From Mobula hypostoma (taxonomy: Eukaryota): a stretch of 64,000 bases of DNA. Each line of letters begins with the position of its first letter. Within the stretch, counting starts at the first letter, position 1. The DNA lies in contig NC_086097.1 of assembly GCF_963921235.1 (NCBI RefSeq), forward strand, positions 180,732,001 to 180,796,000, read 5' to 3'. A model generated the notes under the pieces. It made no database searches and was not told where the DNA came from. It saw only the letters and a program-made list of their open reading frames with translations. Positions 50,739 through 62,300 of the stretch are shown in pieces. The translations under genes were made by a program, and so were the position numbers.

Positions 50739-51303
50739 GTCCAGGTCCTTGTTGAGGCAGGAGTTTAGCCTAGTCATGACCAACCTCTCAAAGCATTTCA
50801 TCACTGTCAACGTGAGTGCTACTGGGTGATAGTCTTTTAGGCTGCTCACATTATTCTTCTTAGGCACTGGTATAATTGTTGCCTTTTTTAAGCAAGTGGG
50901 AACTTCCGCCCGTAGCAGTGAGAGGTTGAAAATGTCCTTGAATACTCACGCTGGTTGGTTGGCACAGGTCTTCAGAGCCTTACCAGGTACTCCATCTGGA
51001 CTTTTCACATTGCTAGGGTTCACTGTCTTTAAAGACAGCCTAACATCAGCCTCTGAGACAGAGATCACAGGGTCATGGGGGCAGCAGGGATCTTCACAGC
51101 TGTAGTTGTATTCTCCCTTTCAAAGTGGGCATAGAAAGCGTTGAGTTCATCTAGTAATGAAGCATCGCTGCCATTCATGCTATTGGGTTTTGCTTTGTAG
51201 GAAGCAATGTCTTGCAGACCCTGCCAGAGTTGCCGTGCATCCAACGTTGCCTCGAACTTCATTCGAAACTGTCTCTTTGCCCTTGAAATAGCCCTCTGCA
51301 AAT
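50739..51303 (-). mobile_element. Rex1/Babar-type fragment
   Basis: QRAISRAKRQF...LDELNAFYAHFE; homologous to 32570-33100. Confidence 0.8.
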
Positions 51304-51304
51304 C

Positions 51305-52334
51305 AGCACCCTGCTCTACCCACTACTCGCTTTACACTTATGACTGTGTGGTGAAGCACAACTCCAATGCCATAGTTAAGTTTGCTAACAACATCACCGT
51401 TGTTGGTCAAATCAAAGGTGTTGACGAATCAGCAGAGAGGAGGGAGACTGAAATGCTGGCTGAGTGGTGCCACAATAACACTTAACTCTTACTTAATATC
51501 TGCAAGACCAAGGAACTGATTATAGACTTCAGGAGAAGGAAAACAGAGATCTATGAGCCAGTCCTCATTGTTGGATCAGAGGTAGAGAGTGTTAGCAACT
51601 TTAAATTCCTTGGCATTATTATTGCGAAGGACCTTCCCTGGGCACAGCACATAAGTGCAATTACGAAGAAAGCATGGCAGTGCCTCTACTCCCTTAGGAG
51701 TTTGCGGAGATTTGGAAAGACATATAAAACTTTGACAAATTTCTATAGCTGTGTAGTGGAGTATATCGAATGGCTGCATTACAGCCTGGTATGGAAACAC
51801 CAATGCCCTTAAATGGAAATTCCTACTAATAGTAGTGGATATGGTCCTGTCCATCACGTGTAAAACCCTCCCCACCACTGAGCAGATCAACATGGAGCGC
51901 TGTAGCAGGAAAGCAGCATCCATTATCAAGGACCCCCACCATCCACGTCATGCCCTCTTCTCCCTGCTGCCATCAGGAAGGTGATACAGGAGCTTCAGGA
52001 CTCACATCACCAGATTCAGGAACATTCATTGCCCCTCAACCATCAGGCTCTTGAACCAGAGAGAATAATTTCACTCAACTTCACTTGCCCCATCAATGAA
52101 CTGTTCCCACAACCTACGGACTCATTTTCAAGGACTTTTCACCTCATGTTCTCAATATTTATTGGTTATTTATTTATTTATAATTTCTCTTCGTCTTTGT
52201 ATTTGCACAGTTTGTTGTGCAAATAGTTTGTTTGCACACTGGTTGTCCACCCTGTTGGTGCAGTCTTTCATTGATTCCATTATGGTTATTGGATTTATTG
52301 AGTATGCCTGCAAGAAATTAATCTCAGGGTTGTA
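51305..52334 (+). mobile_element. Rex1/Babar-type RT 3' part; tail resumes after the Tc1 at ~53482-53520
   Basis: YSLYTYDCV, KFANN, FKFLG, HALFSLLPSGR; (tgaact) tail. Confidence 0.75.
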
Positions 52335-52336
52335 TA

Positions 52337-53479
52337 GAGCAGCATGCAAAAGTTTGGGCACCCCAGTCAAAATTTCTGTTACTGTGAATAGCTAAGCGAG
52401 TAAAAGATGAACTGATTTCCAAAAGGCATGAAGTTAAAGATGACAAATTTCTTTAATATTTTAAGCAAGAAAACTTTTTTATTTCCATCTTTTACAGTTT
52501 AAAAATAACAAAAAAGGAAAGCAACACTCACAACACGCTGGAGGAACTCAGCAGGTTGGGCAGTATCCGTGGAAACAATCAGTCAACTTTTCGGGCTGGA
52601 ACCCTTCATCAGGACCAACCCGAAATGTTGACTGATCATTTCCACAGGTGCTGCCTGACCTGCTGAGTTCCTCCAGCATGTTGTGAGTGTTACTTTGACC
52701 CCAGCATCTGCAGAGTATTTTGTGTTAACAAAAAAGGAAAAGGGTCCAAAGCAAAAGTTTGGGCACCCTGCATGGCAGGACTTAGTAACACCCCCTTTGG
52801 CAAGTATCACAGCTTGTAAACGCTTTTTATAGCCAGCTAAGAGTCTTTCAATTCTTGTTTGGGGGATTTTCGCCCATTCTTTCTTGCAAAAGGGTTCTAG
52901 TTCTGTGAAATTCTTGGGCTGTCTTGCATGCACTGCTCTTTTAATGTCTATCCACAGATTCTCATGATGTTTAGGTCAGGGGACTGTGAGGGCCATGGCA
53001 AAACCTTCAGCTTGCGCCTCTTGAGGTAGTCCATTGTGGATTTTGAGGTGTGTTTAGGTTCATTATCCTGTTGTAGAAGCCATCCTCTTTTCATCTTATG
53101 CTTTTTTTCACAGACGGTGTGATGTTTGCTTCCAGAATTTGCTGATATTTAATTGAGTTCATTCTTCCCTCTACCAGCAAATGTTCCCCGTGCCACTGGC
53201 TGCAACACAAGCCCAAAGCATGAGCGATCCACCCCCGTGCTTAACAGTTGGAGAGGGGTTCTTCTCATGAAATTCTGCACCCTTTTTTCTCCAAACACAC
53301 CTTTGCTCATTGTGGCCAAAAAGTTCTATTCAAAAGGTTCAAAGGAACATCTAAAATATTAAAGAAATGTGTCATCTTTAACTTCATGCCTTTTGGAAAT
53401 CAGTTCATCTTTTACTCACTTAGCTATTCACAGTAACAGAAATTTTGACCAGGGATGCCCAAACTTTCGTATGCCACTG
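52337..53479 (-). mobile_element. Tc1-family DNA transposon, internally deleted, with long TIRs and an inner direct repeat
   Basis: TA flanks at 52335-36 and 53480-81; ~125-bp matching inverted ends; inner gcaaaagtttgggcaccc at ~52751; transposase remnants WPSQSPDLN and KKEWAKIP...KRLQAVILAKGG. Confidence 0.88.
52521..52725. mobile_element. 205-bp palindromic Penelope-derived insertion in the Tc1 TIR
   Basis: 15-bp TSD TAACAAAAAAGGAAA at 52506-52520 and 52726-52740; degenerate minus-strand hammerhead GTCCTGATGAAGGGTTCCAGCCCGAAAAGTTGAC at 52580-52615. Confidence 0.85.
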
Positions 53480-53968
53480 TACATGTACTTTAATAACAAA
53501 TTTACTTTGAACTTTGGACTGTTGAACCCTGTCCCAACTTATAATGTGCTCAGTCAAGCATCTGCCACAAAACCTGAGGAATTTGCAATATTTTAATCAA
53601 CAGAATTACTACCATTAGGGAGTGCATAGCTATAATTATTAGTAACCTTGATAGCCAACCTCGTAACAACGTGGCAACCACCTCAAAATTTAAGAGCGTT
53701 TCTGATCCAGATCTCTACAAGATCGTAATAAAGAGCAAACTGTTTACTTGCTGTCTTGTCCCTGTCCCTACCACACATTTTTAGAGACTCTTTTAATAGT
53801 GTTTTTAATTATTTTTTAAAATTATTTACACATCCCTTGAAAATGGACTTTTTCCAGATGCCTTCAAAACTGCAACCGTCAAAATCCTACTTAAAAGCCA
53901 AACTTTGATAGTGGAATACTAGCTAACTGCAGGCCTACATCAAATCTGCCCTTCGTGGGCAAGATTCT

Positions 53969-54818
53969 TGAGGGTGTACAGGAGCGAGATATGCCAACTA
54001 GTGGAGTGGTGTCGCAGCAACAACCTGGCACTCAACGTCAGTAAGATGAAAGAGCTGATTCCGGACTTCAAAAAGGGTAAGACGAAGGAATACACATCAA
54101 TCCTCATAGAGGGATCAGAAGTGGAGAGAGTGAGCAGTTTCAAGTTCCTGGGTGTCAAGATCTTTGAGGACCGAATCTGGTCCCAACATATTGATGCAGT
54201 TATAAAGAAAGCAAGACAGCAGCTATACTTCATTAGGAGTTTGGAGATGTGGTACGTCAACAAATATTCTCAAAAACTTTTATATGTACCATGGAAAGCA
54301 TTCTGAAAGGCTGCATCACTTCTGGTAATGGGGGGGGGGGGGCGGGTCTACTGCACAGGACCGAAAGAAGCTGCAGAGGGTTGTAAATTTAGTCTGCTCC
54401 TTCTTGGGTACTAGCCTACAAAGTACCCAGGACATCTTCAAGGAGTGGTGTCTCAGAAAGGCAGCAACCATTATTAATTACCTCCAGCACCCAGGGCATG
54501 CCCTTTTCTCACTGTTACCATCAGGTACAGAAGTCTGAAGGCGCACACTCAGCAATTCAGGAACAACTTCATCCCCTCTCCAATCCGTTTCCTAAATGGA
54601 CATTGAACCCGTGAACACTACCTCACTTTTTTAATATACATTATTTCTGGTTTTTTGCATGATTTTAATCTATTCAATATACATAATACTATAAATTGGC
54701 TTATTTATTTTTTTTATTATTGCTTCTTCTTCTATATTATGTATTGCATTGAACTGCTGCTGCTAAGTTAACAAATTTCACAACACGTGCTGGTGATAAT
54801 AAACCTGATTCTGATTCT
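53969..54818 (+). mobile_element. Rex1/Babar-type 3' fragment inserted in the L2
   Basis: [18 protein letters not shown], near-identical to 33560-34390; (ctgatt)n tail; GATTCT at both junctions. Confidence 0.85.
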
Positions 54819-55946
54819 AACAAAATCATTTTAAACCAACTCAACAACTTTCTGAATGGGAACAATATCCTAGAAAAACTTCAGTAGGTTTTAGAGCAAA
54901 CCACAGCATGTAGAAGGCCCTTATCAAAATTGTCAGTGACCTTAGGCTTAGCGCTGATGCCAACAGTAACTTAGTTCTCCTAGATCTAAGTCCTGCCTTT
55001 GACACAATTGACGGCAACAGTCTCTTAAATCACCTTGAGAACTAGGTTGGCCTCACTAGTAGTGCCCTTACTTGGTTTTGCTCATACATCTTAAATAATT
55101 TTATTTTTTGTCTGTCTTGGAGACCAATTTTCTAAGAGATACGATGTATCTTGGTCCCCATAGGTGGCATCATCAGAGAGCATAAACTTGATTTCTAGTT
55201 ATGCAGATGACACACAATTGTTACTTTGGTTGAGACTGATGTTAATAACACCCTACCTTCTCTTAATTCTGGCATGGCTGCAATAAACAAATGGATAAGC
55301 AATAATTTACTAAAACTAAATGAAGATAAAAACAGAAATACTTTTAGCTGGCCCAAAGCCAAAAGAGATAAACTTCTTCATAAACTTGGGAACTTGGCTC
55401 CTCTTGGAAAATTGTAAGTAAAAAGCTTGGGTGTTAACCTTGATTCAGATTTTAATTTTAAATTCCACTTAAAGAAAGTGACCAAACAGCATTTCTACAC
55501 TAAGAAATATTGCAAAGGTCTGTCATGTAATGATTCTGAAAAACTAATCCACACCTTTATATCGAATAGACTAGATTACTCTAATTCACTTTTATAATCC
55601 TGCTCGCGCTCTCAGGTCTTCTTTTGCTGATCTCTTAAATTTAAACAATCTCCCTCAAAAGATAGTTGGCAGTACAACTTTTTTGAACTATGCTCCAAAA
55701 TTATAAAGGATGCAGCACACACCAAATGCTGCAGGAACTCAGCAGGCCAGGCAGCATCTATGGAAAAAAGTACAGTCGACATTTTGGTGGGTCTGTCGAA
55801 GGGTCTAGGCCCGAAACGATGACTGTACTTTTCTTCCACAGATGCTACCTGGCATGCTGAGTTCCTCCAGCACTTGAATGTGTTGCAACACACATCAAAG
55901 TTGCTGGTGAACGCAGCAGACCAGGCAGCATCTCTAGGAAGAGGTA

Positions 55947-55984
55947 CAGTCGACGTTTCAGGCCGAGACCCTTCGTCAGGACTA
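55947..55984 (-). ncRNA. Type I minimal hammerhead ribozyme, intact core, same strand as CHPF2
   Basis: Reverse complement reads TAGTCCTGACGAAGGGTCTCGGCCTGAAACGTCGACTG. Confidence 0.72.
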
Positions 55985-56805
55985 ACTGAAGGAAGAGTTA
56001 GTAAGAGATTTGAAAGTGGGAGGGGGAGGGGGAGATCCAAAATGATAGGAGAAGACAGGAGGGGGAGGGATGGAGCCAAGAGTTGGTCAGTTGATTGGCA
56101 AAAGGGATATGAGAGGATTATGGGACAGGAGGCCCAGGGAGAAACAAAAGGGAGAGGGGGGAAAAACCCAGAGGATGGGCAAGGGCTATAGTGAGAGGGA
56201 CAGAGGGAGAAAAGGGAGAGTGAGAGAAAGAATGTGTGTATATAAATAAATAACGGATGGGGTACGAGGGGGAGGTGGGGCATTAGCGGAAGTTTGAGAA
56301 GTCAATATTCATGCCATCAGGTTGGAGGCTACCCAGATGGAATATAAGGTGTTGTTCCTCCAACCTGAGTGTGGCTTCATCTTTACAGTAGAGGAGGCCG
56401 TGGATAGACATGTCAGAATGGGAATGGGATGTGGGTGGATAGACATATCAGAATGGGAATGGGACGTGGAATTAAAATGTGCAGCCACTGGGAGATCCTG
56501 CTTTCTCTGGTACCCCATCCATTATTTATTTATATACAGACATTCTTTCTCTCTCTCTCTCTCTCTCGCTCTCTCTCTCCTTTTTCTCCCTCTGTCCCTC
56601 TCACTATACCCCTTGCCCATCCTCTGGGTTTCCCCCCCTCCTTTTCTTTCTCCCTGGGCCTCCTGTCCCATAATCCTCTCATATCCCTTTTGCCAATCAA
56701 CTGTCCAGCTCTTGGCTCCATCCTTCCCCTCCTGTCTTCTCCTATCATTTTGGATCTCCCCCTCCCCCTCCCACTTTCAAATCCCTTACTAGCTCTTCTT
56801 TCAGT

Positions 56806-56843
56806 TAGTCCTGACGAAGGGTCTCGGCCTGAAACGTCGACTG
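56806..56843 (+). ncRNA. Type I minimal hammerhead ribozyme, intact core
   Basis: TAGTCCTGACGAAGGGTCTCGGCCTGAAACGTCGACTG; predicted cleavage after 56838. Confidence 0.72.
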
Positions 56844-57759
56844 TACCTCTTCCTAGAGATGCTGCCTGGCCTGCTGCATTCACCAGCAACTTTGATGTGT
56901 GTTGCTTGAAGTTCCAGCATCTGCAGAATTCCTCGTTCTTGAATGTGTTGCTTGAATTTCCAGTATCTGCAGATTCTCTCGTTTGTAAAGGATGCAGACT
57001 CAATTAAACGTCAGCTCAAAACTTATTTAACCTTGATTTTAACCAACATATGTTTTTTTTAAATGTTTGCATTTTATCTCATTGTACAGCACTTTGAACT
57101 ACCTCATTTGTATGAAAAATGCTCTAATAATAATTTATTATTATTAAATTTAATATTGTGGTAAACACAGATACCATTGGGCAAGGAGGCTATTGCTGTT
57201 CTATATTGTTCTATGCTCTGTGCCAAAAAAATGAACTCTGTCAAATTTGGAAAGATTTTGACACTTCATAGTATTCTGGAATTAATTTCATTTTTCTAAC
57301 ACATTTTGGCATGTTTTATAAATAAAAACTATATAATCATAGAAGATTACTCAGTTCTGTTCTGGTAGAAATTACCATCTGCTGCTAATTATGTTCAAGC
57401 ATAGGAACTATGGAAATGTCCATATTAATGCCTTCTATTAAAACCATTTCAACAATATTCAGTGGTTACGTTTTTCCTTTCCCAGATTTATTACTACTTT
57501 CAATTTTCTGTTTTTCTGGAGCAACCAGCACTCAGTGGAATTAATATTTCAAACACACAGTGAGTCTTATGCCAAGCTTTGCTTAGGCAAGGAGCTGTGG
57601 CCCAGATTGTACAGCAGCAGGCCATTCGACAATCAGTCTTTGACACCATGAAGCATAAACTTGTAGAGACCAGATAGCTGCACTCCCAGGGAGTTAAGGA
57701 TATTTAAATAGTGGTCAAGAAAGGTCCCAACTGATACTTTGTCCTCCTTTTAAAGTCAG

Positions 57760-58380
57760 AGTTGTACAGTACAGATACAAGGCCCTTTGGCCTAAGCAGT
57801 CTATGCTGACCACGGTGCCCTCCAGCTAGTCCCAATTTGCTGCATTCAGCCCATATCCCTTTAAGCCCTGGCCCTCCATGTGCCTATCCAAGTGCTACTT
57901 GAATGTTATTGTACTTGGCTCAACCACTTCCTCTGGAGCTCATTCCATATACTCACCAGTCTCTGAGTGGAAAAAGTTGCCCTGTAGGACCCTTACAAAT
58001 CTTTTTCCTCTCACCCTAAATCTATACCATGCTTAGGTTCCTCTACCCTGGGAAAAGACTTACCGTCCACCTTACCTATGCCCCTCATAATTTTGAACAT
58101 TTCTATAAAGCTGCACCTCATCCTCCTACATTCCAAGGAATAAGAGTCTAGTCTGGCCAACTCTCCCTCTAACTAATATGAGGAGCCTTGCCAACATCTT
58201 CATATTTTTTTCTGCACTCTTTCCCAAAGCCGGACAACCAAGAATGTACATGGTACTCCAAGTGCTGCCTCGCCAACAACTTATACAAATACAACATAAT
58301 GTCCCAAATCCTATACTTGATGCCCTGACTGAAGGACAGTCAGTCACCCCCCTGTCTACCTATGACACTGTGATCTCCTA
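57760..58380 (-). mobile_element. Decayed CR1 3' end
   Basis: ggccctttggcc...cagcccatatccct...ctcaaccacttcctctgg...aaaaagttgccc is the reverse of a CR1 3' end. Confidence 0.65.
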
Positions 58381-58589
58381 CTGAACTTCTAGGGAATGAA
58401 GTTAGTTTGAACATCCTTTAGTATGAGTTACCGAAAAAGCTGTTCAGAACAGCAATCCAATAAAATCACGTAATGAAATGATTAATTAGCTCCAACATAG
58501 ATATGAGCACCACTTGATAGCTCACCAGATCAATCAACTCAGGAAACCTAGGTTCAATCTTGATCTGTAATAATAAATTCCAATTGGGC

Positions 58590-58915
58590 ATTCCCTCTCC
58601 AGAGGCTCAGCACCTAACCCAGGCTGAAGTTGGCAGTGCACTGCTGAGGGAGTGCTTCACTGTAAGTATGCTAGCATTTTGGTTAATCAAAGGGCATGCA
58701 GAGGATCTTTTGGCTCAAATCAGTGAGCATGTCTTTATCCCTCCGATACCATGACAAACAGATTACCCAGTCATCATCACATAGCTGCGGGGTATTCTTG
58801 TGTGTAAATTGGCCACCTACATTCTGCCATTAATTGCATTTCAATCATTATTCTTTTGACTGTGATGTGTTGTAAGAATCGACAAGATCCCAATGCAAAT
58901 GCCAATGTTTTCTAA
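58590..58915 (+). mobile_element. Ancient Deu-domain SINE remnant (SacSINE1/AmnSINE-like)
   Basis: cagtgcactgctgagggagtgc and tttatccctc...aaacagattacccagtcatcatcacat...tgtgtgtaaattggc resemble the Deu domain as recalled from memory. Confidence 0.45.
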
Positions 58916-59344
58916 AAGCTGGCTCAGATCCCTAGATTCAGCCAGGATTTCTGAAATTATGACACAATACGTGGATAGTGGGCAAGGAAGACACTGGGAT
59001 GTTTAGTATTACCTTCCTGTTGTTAGGTTCACTCACACCATGTGGGTTTGTGTACATATAGTAGCCAACTGGTTATGGAGCCATTGGATTTTATGGCTAC
59101 ATAAACATGGCTTGTGGTCTGCAATCCAAACAATGAGAGCTTCCATCCACCCTCATCTCACTCCCTTATTGCAATATCCTTGTATTCCTTTAGGAACAGT
59201 AAACAATCCCTTGGTATCTCACACCTGTTATATCATTATACAAATTCTAAATTGGTTGTACAAATTCTGAATCTTTGCAAAACTCTGGTTAGAATGTGTA
59301 GCATTAATTCAGTTTCTGCTTCTGAACATCGGGAAAAATAACAG

Positions 59345-62300
59345 CAAGTGGATGCAGTGGAAATCTACAAAAAGGACAAGTTACACCTAAACCTGAAGGG
59401 GATCAATAACCTTGTGAGCAGATTTGCTAGAGCTGTTGGAGAGAGCTTAAACTAATTTGGCAGGGGTATGGGAACCGCAGTGATAGGGCTGAGGCTGGGG
59501 CAGTTGGTATACAAGTCGATCCGCCATTTCATCATGGCTGATCCATTGTTCCTCTCAGCCCCAAATCTCCTGCCTTCTCCCCATATTCCTTCATGCCCTG
59601 ACCAATCAAGAATCTATCAACCTCTGCCTTAAGTATACATAAAGATTTAGCTGTGATAACAGATTCCACAGATTCACCACTCTCTAGCTAAATAAATTCT
59701 TCTTCTGTTCTAAAAGGATGCCCCTTTATTCTGAAGCTGTGTCCTGTGGTCCTAGATTCTCCCACCATCCTCTCCACATCCACTCTATTGAGGATTTTTA
59801 ACATTCAATAGGTTTCAATTAGGTCACCCCTCATTCTTCTGAATTCTAGTAAATACAGGCCCAGAGCCATCAAACGCTCTTCATATGGCAAGACGTTCAA
59901 TCCTCCTCTAAGTGAGGTCTCACCAGTTCTTTTCAAGCCTCTGCATTACATTTTTGGTTTTAGATTCTAGTCTTCTTGAAATGAACACCAACATCACATT
60001 TGGCCCTCCTCACCACCAACTCAACCCTGCACGACTCCCAAGCCCCCTTGCACCTCAGACACTTGAATTTTCTCCCCATTTAGAAAATAGTCTACCCTTT
60101 AATTTCACATACCAAAGTGCATGATCATACACTTCTCAACACTGTACTCCATCTACCACCTGCTTGCCCATTTTCCTAATCTGACTAAGTCCTTCTGTAG
60201 CCCCACTACTTCCCCAAAACTATCTGTGTCATCCGCAAACCTTGCAACAAATCCATTAATTCCATCATCAAAATCATTGACATATAACATAAAAAGAATC
60301 GATCTCAACACAGACCCTTGTGAAACAACACTAGTCATTGGCAGTCAACCAGAAAAGGCTTCCTTTATCAAGAGCAGGGAGGTCATGCCGCAACTATACA
60401 GGGTACTGGCGAGGCTGCACCTGGAGTACTGTGTGCAGTTCTGGTCTCCATACTTGAGGAAGGATATACTGGCTTTGGAGGCAGTGCAGAGCAAGTTCAC
60501 CAGGTTGATTCCAGAGATGAAGGGGTTAACCTATGAGGAGAGATTGAGTCGCCTGGGACTATACTCTCTGGAATTCAGAAGAATGAGAGGGGATCTTACA
60601 GAAACATACAAAATTTTGAAAGGGATAGATAAGATAGAAGTAGGAAAGTTGTTTCCATTGGTAGGTGAGACTAGAACTTGGGGATATTGCCTCAAGATTC
60701 AGGGGAGAAGATTTAGGACCGAGATGAGGAGAAACTGTTTTTCCCCAGAGAGTGGTGAATCTGTGGAATTCTCTGCCCAGGGAAGCAGTTAATGCTTCTA
60801 CACTAAATATATTTAAGATACAGTTAGATGGCTTTTCACATAGTAGGGGAATTAAGGGTTATGTGGGAAAGGCAGGTAGATGGAGCTGAGTTTACGGACA
60901 GATAAGCCATGATCTTATTGAATGGTGAGACAGACTTGATGGGCCGGATGGCCTACTCCTGCTCCTATTTCTTATGTTCTTATATTTATTCCTAATCTTT
61001 GCCTCATGCCTACAGCCTATTTTATCATGTGCCTCCAAGTACCCCAAAACCACAACAATCGACTCAAACATCTTTCCAACCACTGAATCAATCTATCTGG
61101 CCAATAATTTCCTTTCTTCTGCTTCTCCCCCTTCTTGAAGAGTGGACTGACATTTGCAATTTTTCAGTCTTCCAGATCCATTCCAGACTCCAGTGATTCT
61201 TATTTTTTGGCACGTGCCTGCATGTGTGTGAGTCTGTACATGTACATCTGCGTGTGCATGCGTGCATCCATGATGATGGATATTTCATGGCTTTTTCCAC
61301 GGCTCAGAGCAAGAGAGAGAGAGACTGCGCGCGCCACTCCTCACACAAGACATTTTCGCAGTATCTTCCCTTTGTTTTACGAGGTCAAGTTGCGGTCTCG
61401 ACACTCAACCCAGCATGGATGGAAAGCGTGCTCGGGGGCGGACACGACTAGTTTCGAATCCAGGAACCTCTGCTCCCGGGTCCGGCACCAATGTCATTGC
61501 GCCACCAGCCACCCTGACTGTAGTGATTCTTGAAAGATCATTACTAATGCCTCCACAATTTCTTTAGCCACCTCTTTCAGAACCTTGGGGTGTACCCCAT
61601 CTGGTTCAGGTGACTTATCTACTTTTAAAACTATCAGTGTTCCAAGACCCTTCTCCCTAGTAATAGGAATTTCACACACTTCTGACCACTGACACTCTGG
61701 AACATCCACCATACTACTTATGTCTTCCACAGTGAATACTGATGCCAAATACTTATTCAGTTCACCCACCATTTCCTTGTCCCCCATTACTATCTCTCCA
61801 GCATCGTTTTCCAGTGGTCCGAAATCCACTCTCACCTTTCTTCCCAAACCTCTAACTTCCCACTAATTTATGCTCTATTATATCCCCTCCCTTTGGCTTT
61901 TACGTTAGCTTTGACTTCTCTCATTAGCCACAGTTCTGTCATGTAGAATTGTTGTGGATAGAGTTTAAAAAATTGCGAAGATAACAATACTCTGATGCCG
62001 GTTATATACAGTCCCTGAACGGTCAGGATACAGGATATAAACTATAACAGGAGTTGCAAAAGGCATGTGATAAGGCCAACGTTTCAAAAGTTATGAAGGA
62101 TTTCAATATGCAGGTAAATTGAGAAGATCAGATTGGTGCTGGATCCCAAGGGAGGGAATTTGTAGGATGCCTACAAGATGAGTTTCAGAGCAGCTTGTGA
62201 TTGAGCTCACTAGGGGAAAGGTAATTCTGGATTGTGTAATGAACCAGTTATCATTAGGGAGCTTAAGGTAAAGGAAAATATGATAGATTTCACCCTATAG

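Larger units (their letters stand above)
55716..56985. mobile_element. Nested Penelope-like elements: older palindromic insert plus younger inverted ORF-end/pLTR copy (55887-56937)
   Basis: Outer TSD TAAAGGATGCAG (55704-55715, 56986-56997); inner direct repeat CTTGAATGTGTTGC (55873-55886, 56938-56951); minus-strand GIY-YIG C-terminus DLPVAAHFNSTSHS...LRLEEQHLIFHLGSLQPDGMNIDFSNFR*. Confidence 0.88.
53520..57146 (+). mobile_element. Decayed L2-clade LINE interrupted by Rex1 and Penelope insertions
   Basis: FPDAFKTATV, RPTSNLPFVGKIL, LLDLSPAFDTID, YADDTQL, NLLKLNEDK; (tta)n tail. Confidence 0.7.

Noticed and set aside
55612..57007. ORFs containing LPSVSPDEGSRPETST...DAAWPAAFTSNF (also at 31654 and 40728)
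   Set aside because: The recurrent peptide is only a translation of the non-coding pLTR/hammerhead sequence
61440..61510. tRNA gene
   Set aside because: A/B boxes are present but I see no convincing cloverleaf; it continues into a SINE body with a TSD
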